The notes under the pieces: generated by a model
Told to the model about the DNA's origin: nothing
Databases searched by the model: none
The model's input: the letters and a program-made list of their open reading frames with translations, nothing else
Shown: piece by piece, positions 23,492-32,000 of the stretch
How the letters are laid out: every line of letters begins with the position of its first letter
Position numbering within the stretch: position 1 is the stretch's first letter
Origin: Opitutales bacterium
Lineage (GTDB): Bacteria > Verrucomicrobiota > Verrucomicrobiia > Opitutales > UBA9783
DNA length: 32,000 nucleotides
Direction of reading: 5' to 3'
Assembly: GCA_046881885.1 (NCBI GenBank)
Contig: JBKSMP010000024.1
Span: forward strand, 90,001-122,000
Program-made: the position numbers and the translations under genes

Positions 23492-25180
23492 ATGGACGAA
23501 GCATTAAAGAATCCAGAAAATGTTTTAGTGGAGAACGCAGATGTTCCTACCAAACCTCGAGTAAAACGGGCGCGTAAAGCGGTTACAAACAAATCTACCG
23601 AAGATACGAATACCCCTTCGGCAGATATCACAATGGAAGCAGTTAAGGAAACTATAGACTCAAAACCTACACCTACAAATGAACCTCCCAAAGAGCTTAT
23701 AAAACCTAAAGCTCATATTAAAGAAACAAACAGTCTACAACCTTATCGAAAAAACCCTAACAATAAAAATACAAATAATGCCAAGCAAACGACTTTATCC
23801 CCTCATTTACAACGATATCGGTGGTGGATGGGACAATTGAATCAATGGCGAAATATCGGCGACATTCATTCCATAACCAATTTAATAACAGAGGTTACGG
23901 ACCCTGCATTGCCTGCTTTTTCATTCAATGAATGGTACGACAAACCTCTAAAAGAACTTCTCGAAGGTATTCCTGCAGAATCGCAACTAACCTCTTTAAC
24001 TCGACAAAGCATTTTAAGGGAAAAGATGCAAGTTGCTTGTGAACATAAGCAAGCTATTTGTATTGAAGGTGTAGTTGCAAAAGTTCCAAACACAGAAGAA
24101 TGGTGTGTTTGTTATGCTTCTGATAATTATCAATTACGAGAACTAAGCGCCTATCTTCCTAAGGTTTTAGTACGTAAACACGGAATACGTCCAGGACAAA
24201 CCATACAGGCACAAATTTTCATGTCGCCAACACATGTCCAATGTCCTTGCGTTATTAAAATCAATACCGTCATGGAGAAAACTCCAGAAGAAATGCGTAC
24301 CATTCCGCATTTTAAAGAATTGACGCCGTATTATCCTACAGAACGTATTTTGCTGGAAATAAAACCGGAAAAAGGTTGGGACAATAATGCCATGCGTATT
24401 GTGGATATTTTGACACCCATCGGCTTTGGACAACGTGGACTTATTGTGGCGCCACCAAGAACCGGTAAAACAGTTTTACTGCAAAACATAGCTCATTCGA
24501 TCGTTAAAAACCAGCCACAAGCACATCTCATTATCCTTCTTATTGATGAGCGTCCTGAAGAAGTAACAGACTTCAAAAACTTATTACCCGGCATTGAGGT
24601 TATTAGTTCAACCTTTGATGAATCTCCCGAAAGCCATGTACGTGCAGCTGAAGTCGTTATTGAAAAAGCCAAACGTTTGGTAGAAATCGGCGAAAATGTA
24701 GTTATCCTTTTAGACTCCATTACACGTCTAGCACGAGCCTATAATACGATTATTCCAAGTTCTGGAAAAGTTCTTTCGGGAGGTGTTGAAGCCAATGCGC
24801 TCCAAGGTCCAAAAGCCTTTTTTGGAGCTGCTCGTAACATTGAACAAGGCGGAAGTTTAACAATATTAGCAACCGCATTGATCGATACAGGCAGCAAAAT
24901 GGATGAAGTTATTTTCGAAGAATTTAAGGGCACCGGCAACATGGAACTTCATCTCGATCGTTCGCTCATTGATAAACGCGTTTTTCCTGCTATCAATATC
25001 GAAAAGAGTGGAACTCGTAAGGAAGAACTCCTTTATCATCCGGATGAATTACACAAGATTTATGTTTTGCGTCGTGCCTTAAAGGGAGTCATTTCGCCAA
25101 CAGAATCGATGGAAATGTTACTCGATAGAGTTCACAAAACCAACAATAATATCGAATTTTTAATGTCCATTAACGGTTAA
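23492..25180 (+). CDS. rho: transcription termination factor Rho with about 145-aa N-terminal extension
   Basis: 562 aa. Walker [16 protein letters not shown], Walker [17 protein letters not shown] loops ([11 protein letters not shown]; SGGVEANAL), and the C-terminal ...[27 protein letters not shown]. The first about 105 aa are K/P/T/N-rich low complexity. Confidence 0.95.
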   Translation: MDEALKNPENVLVENADVPTKPRVKRARKAVTNKSTEDTNTPSADITMEAVKETIDSKPTPTNEPPKELIKPKAHIKETNSLQPYRKNPNNKNTNNAKQTTLSPHLQRYRWWMGQLNQWRNIGDIHSITNLITEVTDPALPAFSFNEWYDKPLKELLEGIPAESQLTSLTRQSILREKMQVACEHKQAICIEGVVAKVPNTEEWCVCYASDNYQLRELSAYLPKVLVRKHGIRPGQTIQAQIFMSPTHVQCPCVIKINTVMEKTPEEMRTIPHFKELTPYYPTERILLEIKPEKGWDNNAMRIVDILTPIGFGQRGLIVAPPRTGKTVLLQNIAHSIVKNQPQAHLIILLIDERPEEVTDFKNLLPGIEVISSTFDESPESHVRAAEVVIEKAKRLVEIGENVVILLDSITRLARAYNTIIPSSGKVLSGGVEANALQGPKAFFGAARNIEQGGSLTILATALIDTGSKMDEVIFEEFKGTGNMELHLDRSLIDKRVFPAINIEKSGTRKEELLYHPDELHKIYVLRRALKGVISPTESMEMLLDRVHKTNNNIEFLMSING

Positions 25181-25181
25181 C

Positions 25182-26705
25182 ATGAAAAAGCATTTTTATA
25201 TTACAACAGCCATTGATTATGTCAATGGGCAGCCGCATCTTGGCCATACTTATGAAAAAGTTTTAGCTGATGTCGTTGCACGTTATCATCGCCTCAAAGG
25301 TGAATCGGTACATTTTCTAACAGGTGTTGATGAACACGGTCAAAAGGTCCAACAAAAAGCTCAAGCCTTAGGTAAAGAACCACAAGCTTTTTGTGATGAA
25401 GTCACAGAATCCTTTGTCGCGCTAACCCACGCCTTAAAGCTTACCAATGATGATTTTATCCGTACAACGGATGAACGTCATAAGAAAATCGTACGATGGG
25501 CTTTACAAAAACTTTATGATCAGGGCTTGATTTATAAAGCTGAATACAAAGGCTTTTATAGCGTTAAAGAAGAACGATTTTTACTAGAAAAAGATAAAAT
25601 TGATGGGGCTTGGCCCGCACTATTTGGAGAAGTTAAAGAACTTTCTGAAAGCAATTATTTCTTTAAATTAAGCGCTTATCAAGATTGGCTAATCAGCTAT
25701 TTAAAAGAAAATCCAGACTTTATTTTCCCGCATTATCGGCAAAAGCAGGTCTTAGAATTCTTAAAAGAACCGCTTAATGATTTGTGCATATCGCGGCCTA
25801 TAGACCGGTTACAATGGGGAATTCCCCTACCCTTTGATCCCGAATTTGTAACCTATGTTTGGTTTGATGCACTTCTCAACTACATTTCTGCCGTAGGACT
25901 CAATACCGAAAGCTTCGAACAATATTGGCCGGCGGATTGCCACATTATAGGTAAAGACATTCTCGTACCATCACATTCGATTTATTGGCCGATTATGCTC
26001 AAAGCCCTCGAATTACCTTTGCCGAAGCAGATCATAGCACATGGCTGGTGGCTCACTTCTGGAGAAAAAATGTCGAAAAGCCTCGGTAATACCTTCAATT
26101 TATTCGATTGGTTTGAAGAAAAAGGTATCGATGCAGTACGCTATTTCTTAATGCGAGAAATGGTAACAGGGCAAGATTGCGAATTTTCTTTAGAAAACTT
26201 CGAAAATCGTTACAATAACGAATTAGCCAATGAATGGGGCAACCTGATAAGCCGTACCTTTAACATGATTCAACGTTATTGCGATGGCAAAGTCCCTACC
26301 CCAAGCCAGCCTAACGAGGATTTAAAAAGCATCTGGAAAGAAACCTACGAAGCTATTAATAAGCATTTTGATCAATTTCAATTCTCGCAAGGCTTAGAAA
26401 AACTCTTTAAATTCATTCGTGAACTCAATCGTTATATCGAAAGCAAAGCCCCTTGGAAATTGGCTAAAGATCCTGCAGAAGCTAGCCAAATGGAATTAAA
26501 AGATGTATTAGCGCATTTGATAGAAGGTATTCGCTTATCGGTTCAATACCTACAAATTATCATTCCGGTCAGCAGTCAAAAACTTATGGAAGCCTTGCAA
26601 ATCCAAGATAAACCTTCCAATTTCTCTTGGAATCCTCAAACTCTATCGGGCACTTTCATAACCGAAAAATTACTGCTATTCCCAAAGGCTGAAAAACGCG
26701 CATAA
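25182..26705 (+). CDS. metG: methionine--tRNA ligase (short form without C-terminal tRNA-binding domain)
   Basis: 507 aa. HIGH-type motif (YVNGQPHLGHTYE), KMSKS (GEKMSKSLGN) and an anticodon-binding helical domain. ATG begins 1 nt after the rho stop. Confidence 0.95.
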   Translation: MKKHFYITTAIDYVNGQPHLGHTYEKVLADVVARYHRLKGESVHFLTGVDEHGQKVQQKAQALGKEPQAFCDEVTESFVALTHALKLTNDDFIRTTDERHKKIVRWALQKLYDQGLIYKAEYKGFYSVKEERFLLEKDKIDGAWPALFGEVKELSESNYFFKLSAYQDWLISYLKENPDFIFPHYRQKQVLEFLKEPLNDLCISRPIDRLQWGIPLPFDPEFVTYVWFDALLNYISAVGLNTESFEQYWPADCHIIGKDILVPSHSIYWPIMLKALELPLPKQIIAHGWWLTSGEKMSKSLGNTFNLFDWFEEKGIDAVRYFLMREMVTGQDCEFSLENFENRYNNELANEWGNLISRTFNMIQRYCDGKVPTPSQPNEDLKSIWKETYEAINKHFDQFQFSQGLEKLFKFIRELNRYIESKAPWKLAKDPAEASQMELKDVLAHLIEGIRLSVQYLQIIIPVSSQKLMEALQIQDKPSNFSWNPQTLSGTFITEKLLLFPKAEKRA

Positions 26706-26716
26706 GCGCTACAATT

Positions 26717-26756
26717 CCTGCAAAACTTGGTGTAAAGATATATCGAGTTTTGTAGG
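26717..26756. terminator. hairpin between convergent metG and kinase genes (possible bidirectional terminator)
   Basis: CCTGCAAAACT (26717-27) pairs with AGTTTTGTAGG (26746-56), giving 11 bp with one G-U and an 18-nt loop. No clean U-tract on either strand. Confidence 0.3.
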
Positions 26757-26765
26757 AAAAATTCG

Positions 26766-28370
26766 TTAATATTTACCTGCATGAATTACCTCATAAACCT
26801 TTTTAGAAACAGGAATACTTTGATTTGTATCAGGGGGTTGACCATCTACATAAGTCCAATCTTTTAATTTTTGAGCTGCCTCTAAATTTTTCTCACACCA
26901 ATTTTTATAAGCATCTTTTCCTTCTTTAATTTTTACTAAACCATATGAAGGAGTATTAACATACGAAGGATCGGCCTTAACCAAAGCATCAAGCGCAGCT
27001 AGACCTTGTTTTGAAATTTTTTTATCTTTGTTAAAAATCATATCTCTTATAGAAATTGGAATAGCTTTCGGACGGTCTTTTTCTACTATATTTTTGGCAT
27101 TTGAATAAAGTATAATTTTCCCATCTCCACCATTGTCTTCTAAAGATGAAGAAAATATTTGTAAAAGTTCTGCTACCTGGGCCGCACTTGGTCGTTCTGC
27201 CGGATTGGGATTAAGACTATCTCTAAGTAATCCTTGTAAAAAATTACATTGTTCATCTGTATAAAAATCGGGAATTTTACCTATTTCCCTTTGTGCTATA
27301 AGGAAATTTTCTTGAGACAAGTTATTGAACAAGGTCCCTGCAATTCTTGTTTTCTGAATTCCTGCAGGAGCATTAGAAATTATTTGATCTTCCCAAAAAC
27401 AATTACCCGTTCCCCCAATAAAACTTTCGATAATAGAAATACCATAAGAATAAACATCGGCAGCAGGTGATATACCCATATCTTCCACCGCTCTCTTTAA
27501 CATTTCAGGCGCCATATACAAAGGACTTCCTATCGCTATTGCTTTTGCATCATTTTCTTTTGGCTTTTTTAGGTCACAAGCAGTTCCTAAATCAATCATT
27601 TTTGCTTGAATTAATTTATTATCTTTACGTTCAGAATCATCAAATACACGTACCATAAGATTTTCTGGTTTTATATCGCGATTCACAACACCCGCTTCAT
27701 GAGAAATCGCAATTGCATGCCCCATTTGTGCTAATATTAAACAGCGATCTTTAATATTTTCTTTTGTACAAGGTATACATGGTGGTCTCGGATTTTCACG
27801 ACACGGTTTTTCTGTATATAAAAACTTTTGAAAATCTTTTCCCTCTGCTTTTTCAAAAACAAGAACTTTTTGCTCATCTATTTTAAATTCCCCATGAAAG
27901 GTTGTTAAAAAACCAATTCCTTGTTGATAAAACATCTGATCATCAAATCGAGCGCTACCTTCAAAAAGTGCTTTATTTTCTTTTGCCTCTTTGATGACAG
28001 CTTCCTCATTACCTGTTGTTTTCAAAACCTTAATAACATATTCTTTTCCACTAGCATCTTTAGCTCCATAAACCGTACCCAAACCACCCTCTCCAAGAGG
28101 TTGTTCATTCTTATTTTTCCACAATTTTTTAAATTCTCTATTAGACAATATTTGCTTAGGCGTTTTCACACGATGCTTAATTGAATCAGTATGAAATCCG
28201 TCAAAACCTTTCCCAGCATTAGAAAGATTATCCATTTTCTCACTAACCCCTGCCTTACCTTTAGGATTTTGTATAATAAATTTTCGTTCTTTAGTTAATC
28301 TTTTTCCTTCAATTAAAAATGATTGAGGTTCAGGTTGTAAAGGAGTTGTATTTGCAGCATTAACAGACAT
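26766..28370 (-). CDS. Hanks-type (eukaryote-like) Ser/Thr protein kinase, soluble, with unknown N- and C-terminal regions
   Basis: 534 aa. Gly loop LGEGGLGTVYGA, VAIK-type Lys in YVIKVLK, catalytic loop VVNRDIKPENLMV, Mg loop MIDLGTA, activation/P+1 GSPLYMAPEM. No hydrophobic segment, signal peptide or recognisable sensor domain. The about 130-aa C-terminal region is unassigned. Confidence 0.85.
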   Translation of the reverse strand: MSVNAANTTPLQPEPQSFLIEGKRLTKERKFIIQNPKGKAGVSEKMDNLSNAGKGFDGFHTDSIKHRVKTPKQILSNREFKKLWKNKNEQPLGEGGLGTVYGAKDASGKEYVIKVLKTTGNEEAVIKEAKENKALFEGSARFDDQMFYQQGIGFLTTFHGEFKIDEQKVLVFEKAEGKDFQKFLYTEKPCRENPRPPCIPCTKENIKDRCLILAQMGHAIAISHEAGVVNRDIKPENLMVRVFDDSERKDNKLIQAKMIDLGTACDLKKPKENDAKAIAIGSPLYMAPEMLKRAVEDMGISPAADVYSYGISIIESFIGGTGNCFWEDQIISNAPAGIQKTRIAGTLFNNLSQENFLIAQREIGKIPDFYTDEQCNFLQGLLRDSLNPNPAERPSAAQVAELLQIFSSSLEDNGGDGKIILYSNAKNIVEKDRPKAIPISIRDMIFNKDKKISKQGLAALDALVKADPSYVNTPSYGLVKIKEGKDAYKNWCEKNLEAAQKLKDWTYVDGQPPDTNQSIPVSKKVYEVIHAGKY

Positions 28371-28452
28371 GCTTTTTTCTCAGCACTTTCCATACCCATT
28401 TCTTATTTCTGTTGAATTCAAAAAACTTTTGCAAATTACTTATATAAAAATT

Positions 28453-28998
28453 TCAAACATCAGTACCCCGTAGTTGCTTCCACTTACGAAACATACGAGT
28501 GCGTTCAGGAAGAGGATCTGGAGGTAAAGTAGTGAACCATTTTAGGTCTAAAGACTCATCGGATAATTTTATAGCATCATCAGGCTGAGTGGTTTTTAAC
28601 AAAAAGCGAATATCGTAATGCCAATGATCGGGTTGTGATTTTATGGAAAAAAGATGTACACTAAGATCGAAAATACCTTCTTTAGCAAGTTCCAAGTGTT
28701 CTAAGCCGGACTCTTCATAAGCTTCCTTAAAAGCAACAGCCAAAATATCCGTATTGCCATCTGCATGTCCACCTACTTGAAGCCAAAAACCTAGCTTTTT
28801 ATGCAAAGTTAACAGAAATTTATCCCCTGTAGCGTTTTCAATCCAGGCGGAACCCGTTATATGTCCAGGAAGGTAGTTCCGATCAAAACACTTGTCACCA
28901 TGCTCTTGAACAAATGCAATCGTTCGCTTTAAATCTTCAGCTTCTGTCTTATCTTCAGGTTTGTATGCAAAAAGCAAATCCAACAACGACGTACTCAT
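28453..28998 (-). CDS. NUDIX hydrolase
   Basis: 181 aa. Nudix box GGHADGNTDILAVAFKEAYEESGLE fits GX5EX7REUXEEXGU, with K in place of R. Confidence 0.8.
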   Translation of the reverse strand: MSTSLLDLLFAYKPEDKTEAEDLKRTIAFVQEHGDKCFDRNYLPGHITGSAWIENATGDKFLLTLHKKLGFWLQVGGHADGNTDILAVAFKEAYEESGLEHLELAKEGIFDLSVHLFSIKSQPDHWHYDIRFLLKTTQPDDAIKLSDESLDLKWFTTLPPDPLPERTRMFRKWKQLRGTDV

Positions 28999-29005
28999 AG
29001 ATTTT

Positions 29006-30316
29006 TCAATCGTTTCCTTTCATTTTTTCAAGTTTTCTATAAAAAGTACGCCTCGGAATACCTAATAATTTTGCAGCTTCTGATTTATTACCGCCAGTTT
29101 CTTGAAGCGTTTGCTTAATCAACTGCAGCTCATTTTGCGTCATTTTAGACAAAGAAGATTCTTCTGTTGCAGCAAAACGACTATCGAGATCAACAACATC
29201 AATGAGGTTATTGCGGTACATAACTACACTATTTTCTGCAAAATTCCTCAATTCGCGAATATTTCCAGGCCAATTATACGTTTGTAAGGCTTCTAAAGCT
29301 GCCGAAGAAAGTTCCGGTGGTCGACACTGGTTTTCTGCAGCAAAAACACTACAATAATGATTTAGTAGCAAAGGAATGTCTTCTTTACGTTCACGCAATG
29401 GCGGCAAATGAATTTCAATAACATTGAGACGATAATAAAGATCTTCACGAAAACGCCCAGCAGCTACTTCCGCCTTTAAATCGCGATTAGTTGCGCAAAC
29501 AAGACGAATATCGAGCGGAATTGCTTGCGTACCACCAATACGTTCGATCGTTTTCGTTTCCAAAAAACGTAATAATTTAACTTGGGTATTAAGATCTATT
29601 TCCCCAATTTCATCGAGAAATAGAGTACCTTCATGGGCTGATTCAAAAAGTCCAATATGGCGTTGATGAGCTCCCGTAAAGGACCCACGCTCATGTCCAA
29701 AAAGTTCAGATTCAATAAGGTTTTCAGGCAATGCAGCACAATGAACGGGCACAAACGGTTTAGATGCTCGCAAACTATATTGATGCAATAAATGTGCCGC
29801 AACCTCTTTACCTGTACCTGTCTCACCTGTAATAAGAACGCCTGTCTTGGATGGCGCCACTTGTTCAATCTGCTGCAAAACTTTCACAAATGCTTTGGCT
29901 TTACCCAACACCTGAAGATTTGCTGGAAGCTTCTTAGACGGATTTTTAGAGGGATTACGGTCTCGCAAGGCCTTTTGTACCAAAGCTTCCAAACGTTCCA
30001 ATTGCACCGGTTTGCTGACAAAATCATAAGCTCCATGCTTCATGGCCTCTACAGCAATTTCTATGGTTCCATAAGCCGTCATCATAATACAAACCGGCTT
30101 ATAGGGCAACGACAAGGCCTTATCAATAACCTGCATACCGCTTTGTTGGCCCATTTTCAAATCTGTAATCACCACATCAAATCTTTCGGATGCAAGTAAT
30201 TGAATCGCTTCTTGGGGATTACAGGCTGTATAGACGTCGAAATTTTCTGAAAAAGCCAGTTTCAGCCCTTCGCGTGTATGTTTTTCGTCATCAACTATGA
30301 GCAAAATTCCTTGCAT
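29006..30316 (-). CDS. sigma-54-dependent response regulator (NtrC family: receiver + AAA+ + Fis-type HTH)
   Basis: Receiver domain (ILLIVDDE...VVITDLKM...KP). AAA+ with Walker A GETGTGKE, the sigma-54 contact loop ESELFGHERGSFTGA, Walker B LFLDEIGE and the R-finger region NIRELRN. C-terminal HTH AAKLLGIPRRTFYRKLEK. The track start 30325 is TTG; the ATG at 30316 (MQGILLIVDDE) lies 5 nt after the plsC stop. Confidence 0.9.
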   Translation of the reverse strand: MQGILLIVDDEKHTREGLKLAFSENFDVYTACNPQEAIQLLASERFDVVITDLKMGQQSGMQVIDKALSLPYKPVCIMMTAYGTIEIAVEAMKHGAYDFVSKPVQLERLEALVQKALRDRNPSKNPSKKLPANLQVLGKAKAFVKVLQQIEQVAPSKTGVLITGETGTGKEVAAHLLHQYSLRASKPFVPVHCAALPENLIESELFGHERGSFTGAHQRHIGLFESAHEGTLFLDEIGEIDLNTQVKLLRFLETKTIERIGGTQAIPLDIRLVCATNRDLKAEVAAGRFREDLYYRLNVIEIHLPPLRERKEDIPLLLNHYCSVFAAENQCRPPELSSAALEALQTYNWPGNIRELRNFAENSVVMYRNNLIDVVDLDSRFAATEESSLSKMTQNELQLIKQTLQETGGNKSEAAKLLGIPRRTFYRKLEKMKGND

Positions 30317-30321
30317 ATGCT

Positions 30322-30963
30322 TCAATCTTGAGGAAGTTTTAAACGCGCAATTTCCTGCATAATCCGATCACTAATAGCTTGCATCGGATCGGCTTGCTCT
30401 TGAGTTTCCGACGCAAGTTCTTCATAGCTAAGTGGTTTCCCAAAAACAATTGCCACATTAGGTTTGAAATTCGGCCACTTAGCACCTTTCGGCCAAGCTT
30501 CATAGGTTCCAAAAATACGAACAGGAACTACCGGCGCTTTCGATTTGCTTACAAAAAGCCCAATACCTTTCTTAGGCCGTTGCGGAAGCCCCGTCGGCGA
30601 ACGCGTACCTTCAGGAAACATTTGTACGGGATTTCCATCCGCAAGCAGCTTTAAAACCTGTTTAATTGAACGAATATCACTTCCCTTATCCCGATCTACA
30701 GGGATCATGTATAAACGACGAAAAAACCATGCAATACCTCGCTTAAATAAAGTCTGACGAGCAAAGGAATAAACCGGTTGCCGATTCGCATGTACAGCGA
30801 TTAAAGGCGGATCTAAATAACTAACGTGATTTCCAGCCAAAATAAACCCACCTGTTGCAGGAATATTTTCTAGTCCGTACAGTCTTCCTTTGTAAGCTCT
30901 TTTAAAAATAAGCTTAAAAAACCAGCAAACCAAACGGTAACAAAAAGAAAGATTTGATTTCAT
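30322..30963 (-). CDS. plsC: 1-acyl-sn-glycerol-3-phosphate acyltransferase
   Basis: 213 aa. Acyltransferase HX4D motif (AGNHVSYLDPP), FPEGTRS and VPVRI blocks. Confidence 0.85.
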   Translation of the reverse strand: MKSNLSFCYRLVCWFFKLIFKRAYKGRLYGLENIPATGGFILAGNHVSYLDPPLIAVHANRQPVYSFARQTLFKRGIAWFFRRLYMIPVDRDKGSDIRSIKQVLKLLADGNPVQMFPEGTRSPTGLPQRPKKGIGLFVSKSKAPVVPVRIFGTYEAWPKGAKWPNFKPNVAIVFGKPLSYEELASETQEQADPMQAISDRIMQEIARLKLPQD

Positions 30964-31008
30964 TACAAAAATTGTATATGACTTTTTTTATAAAATTAAA
31001 AGAATAAT

Positions 31009-31482
31009 ATGCTAGAAGATAAAAAATGGTTGAATTTATTAGAAACGACAATCGATCAACTGGATGGACGGCCCTCTTGGAATCTTTATTTTATGTCCAT
31101 TGCTCTGCTCCTATCTGCACGTTCTAGCTGTGAACGCTTACATGTAGGTTGCGTACTGGTTTCAGGGAAAGAAAATAAACACAGAATCATTGCCGCCGGC
31201 TATAATGGCTTTCTAGCAGGTCTGCCCCACGAATCTATTGTCCGTGATGGCCATGAGCAAGCAACAGTTCACGCCGAACAAAATGCACTTGCCGATGCTG
31301 CACGACGTGGCGTAACTACCCAAGATGCAATTGCTTACGTCACACATTTCCCTTGTATAAATTGTGCAAAAATGTTGTTGGCAGCTGGTATAAAAAAATG
31401 CTATTATTATAAAGATTACCATAATGACGACTTGGTGGTTCGTTTGTTTGAATCGGCCAATGTCGGTTTGGAACAGTTTTAA
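31009..31482 (+). CDS. deoxycytidylate (dCMP) deaminase / ComEB-type cytidine-deoxycytidylate deaminase
   Basis: 157 aa. Zinc motifs HAEQNAL and PCINCAKML, and the N-terminal WNLYFMSIALLLSARSSC typical of dCMP deaminases. Confidence 0.85.
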   Translation: MLEDKKWLNLLETTIDQLDGRPSWNLYFMSIALLLSARSSCERLHVGCVLVSGKENKHRIIAAGYNGFLAGLPHESIVRDGHEQATVHAEQNALADAARRGVTTQDAIAYVTHFPCINCAKMLLAAGIKKCYYYKDYHNDDLVVRLFESANVGLEQF

Positions 31483-31483
31483 T

Positions 31484-32000
31484 ATGCAATTTGAAGTCTC
31501 AGTTTTTCCGCAAAATTTCTCTGGACTCGTACTTTTATCGAATCCACAAGTAGAAACGTGTTGGGATAAAGTTGTTATGGTTGTCATCAAACATAGCCAA
31601 GAGACGGGTGCTATCGGTTTACAACTCAACCGTCCTTCTCGGCTAAATCTAAGCGACTTCAATGACAAAAACTGGGAAAGTTTTGGCAATATCCCTGTTT
31701 TCTTAGGTGGACCACGCCAAATGCAAAAATTGATGATTACAGCCTTTGATTGGCATCGTGAACAACAGCTTATCAAATGGCGTTTGGGTCTATCTCCTAA
31801 GCAAGCCTATCAACTTGTTTGTGATTATCCAGCGATGAATTTTCGAGCCTATTGTGGCCACATAAGCTGGCAAAGCGGACAATTGGAGGAAGAGCTTAAA
31901 AATAAAATTTGGTTGCCAATACCCGTTCCCCAAAAGAAGCTTTTTGCGCCACATCCTCAAAATTTATGGCAGGATTTGATGTCACAATTCTATCCATTAG
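31484..32000 (+). CDS. YqgE/AlgH family protein (UPF0301), 3' end beyond window
   Basis: Not in the track because it is open at the edge. My translation from the ATG at 31484 (1 nt after the preceding stop): MQFEVSVFPQNFSGLVLLSNPQVETCWDKVVMVVIKHSQETGAIGLQLNRPS...PVFLGGPRQ...RAYCGHISWQSGQLEEELKNKIWLPIP... It matches the AlgH pattern (GA.G...NRP, GGPV, GY.GW..GQLE.E.....W). Confidence 0.8.
   Translation, partial: MQFEVSVFPQNFSGLVLLSNPQVETCWDKVVMVVIKHSQETGAIGLQLNRPSRLNLSDFNDKNWESFGNIPVFLGGPRQMQKLMITAFDWHREQQLIKWRLGLSPKQAYQLVCDYPAMNFRAYCGHISWQSGQLEEELKNKIWLPIPVPQKKLFAPHPQNLWQDLMSQFYPL

Noticed and set aside
25178-25184. rho stop and metG start separated by 1 nt
   Set aside because: Tight coupling is noted, but it is ordinary operon compaction in a dense genome and not evidence of a functional link.
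31213-31776. 187-aa minus-strand ORF
   Set aside because: It is antisense to two plus-strand genes with clear family motifs (dCMP deaminase HAEQNAL/PCINC, and YqgE/AlgH GQLEEE). Its own translation has no recognisable features.
1-32000. Search by eye for CRISPR arrays, rRNA, IS elements or transposases, integrases, phage genes and toxin-antitoxin pairs
   Set aside because: No regularly spaced direct repeats and no recognisable recombinase, transposase or TA motifs were seen in any translated frame. The only repeats found are those reported at 17.9-20.3 kb.

Overview
Low-GC bacterial chromosome segment, densely coding and mostly on the minus strand. All product calls come from motif recognition in the supplied translations; no database search was possible.

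Core genes:
- Translation and RNA: rplU-rpmA, rpsR, valS, proS, metG, tRNA-Glu(UUC), tRNA-Tyr(GUA), rho, ybeY, tsaC/sua5.
- Envelope: waaA preceded by a beta-ketoacyl-ACP synthase and a non-canonical acyl carrier protein, uppP, plsC, a small beta-barrel OMP, and a prepilin-type pseudopilin cut by the window edge.
- Other: dprA, an MBL-fold hydrolase, a thymidine-phosphorylase homolog, a dCMP deaminase, a YqgE/AlgH protein, a sigma-54-dependent response regulator, a NUDIX hydrolase and a Hanks-type Ser/Thr kinase.

The pseudopilin sequence (AVPAFQRAR...NNLRQ), the archaeal/eukaryote-type ProRS and the extended Rho suggest a PVC-group-like, possibly host-associated organism. That is inference only.

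Main novelty candidate, 17.9-21.2 kb: two tandem orphan genes (about 223 aa and 797 aa). Their N-terminal parts are unrelated, but they share an about 65-aa C-terminal module. They also share an 88-nt 3' element carrying a conserved GC-rich hairpin. The arrangement is a conserved-diverged-conserved mosaic, and the pair sits directly upstream of the OMP gene. The large gene is very AT-rich apart from an about 62% GC E/R/K-rich helical tract. It also carries a perfect in-frame 21-bp tandem duplication and a T7-G7-A8 homopolymer run.

Other notable items:
- A 603-aa secreted protein with 26 cysteines, behind a near-consensus promoter that implies a leaderless mRNA.
- A KAS-ACP-WaaA co-directional cluster.
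- A thymidine-phosphorylase homolog lacking the phosphate-binding signature.
- An AT-rich, sensor-less kinase with catalytic-motif variants.

No CRISPR array, rRNA, transposase, integrase or phage gene was recognised.
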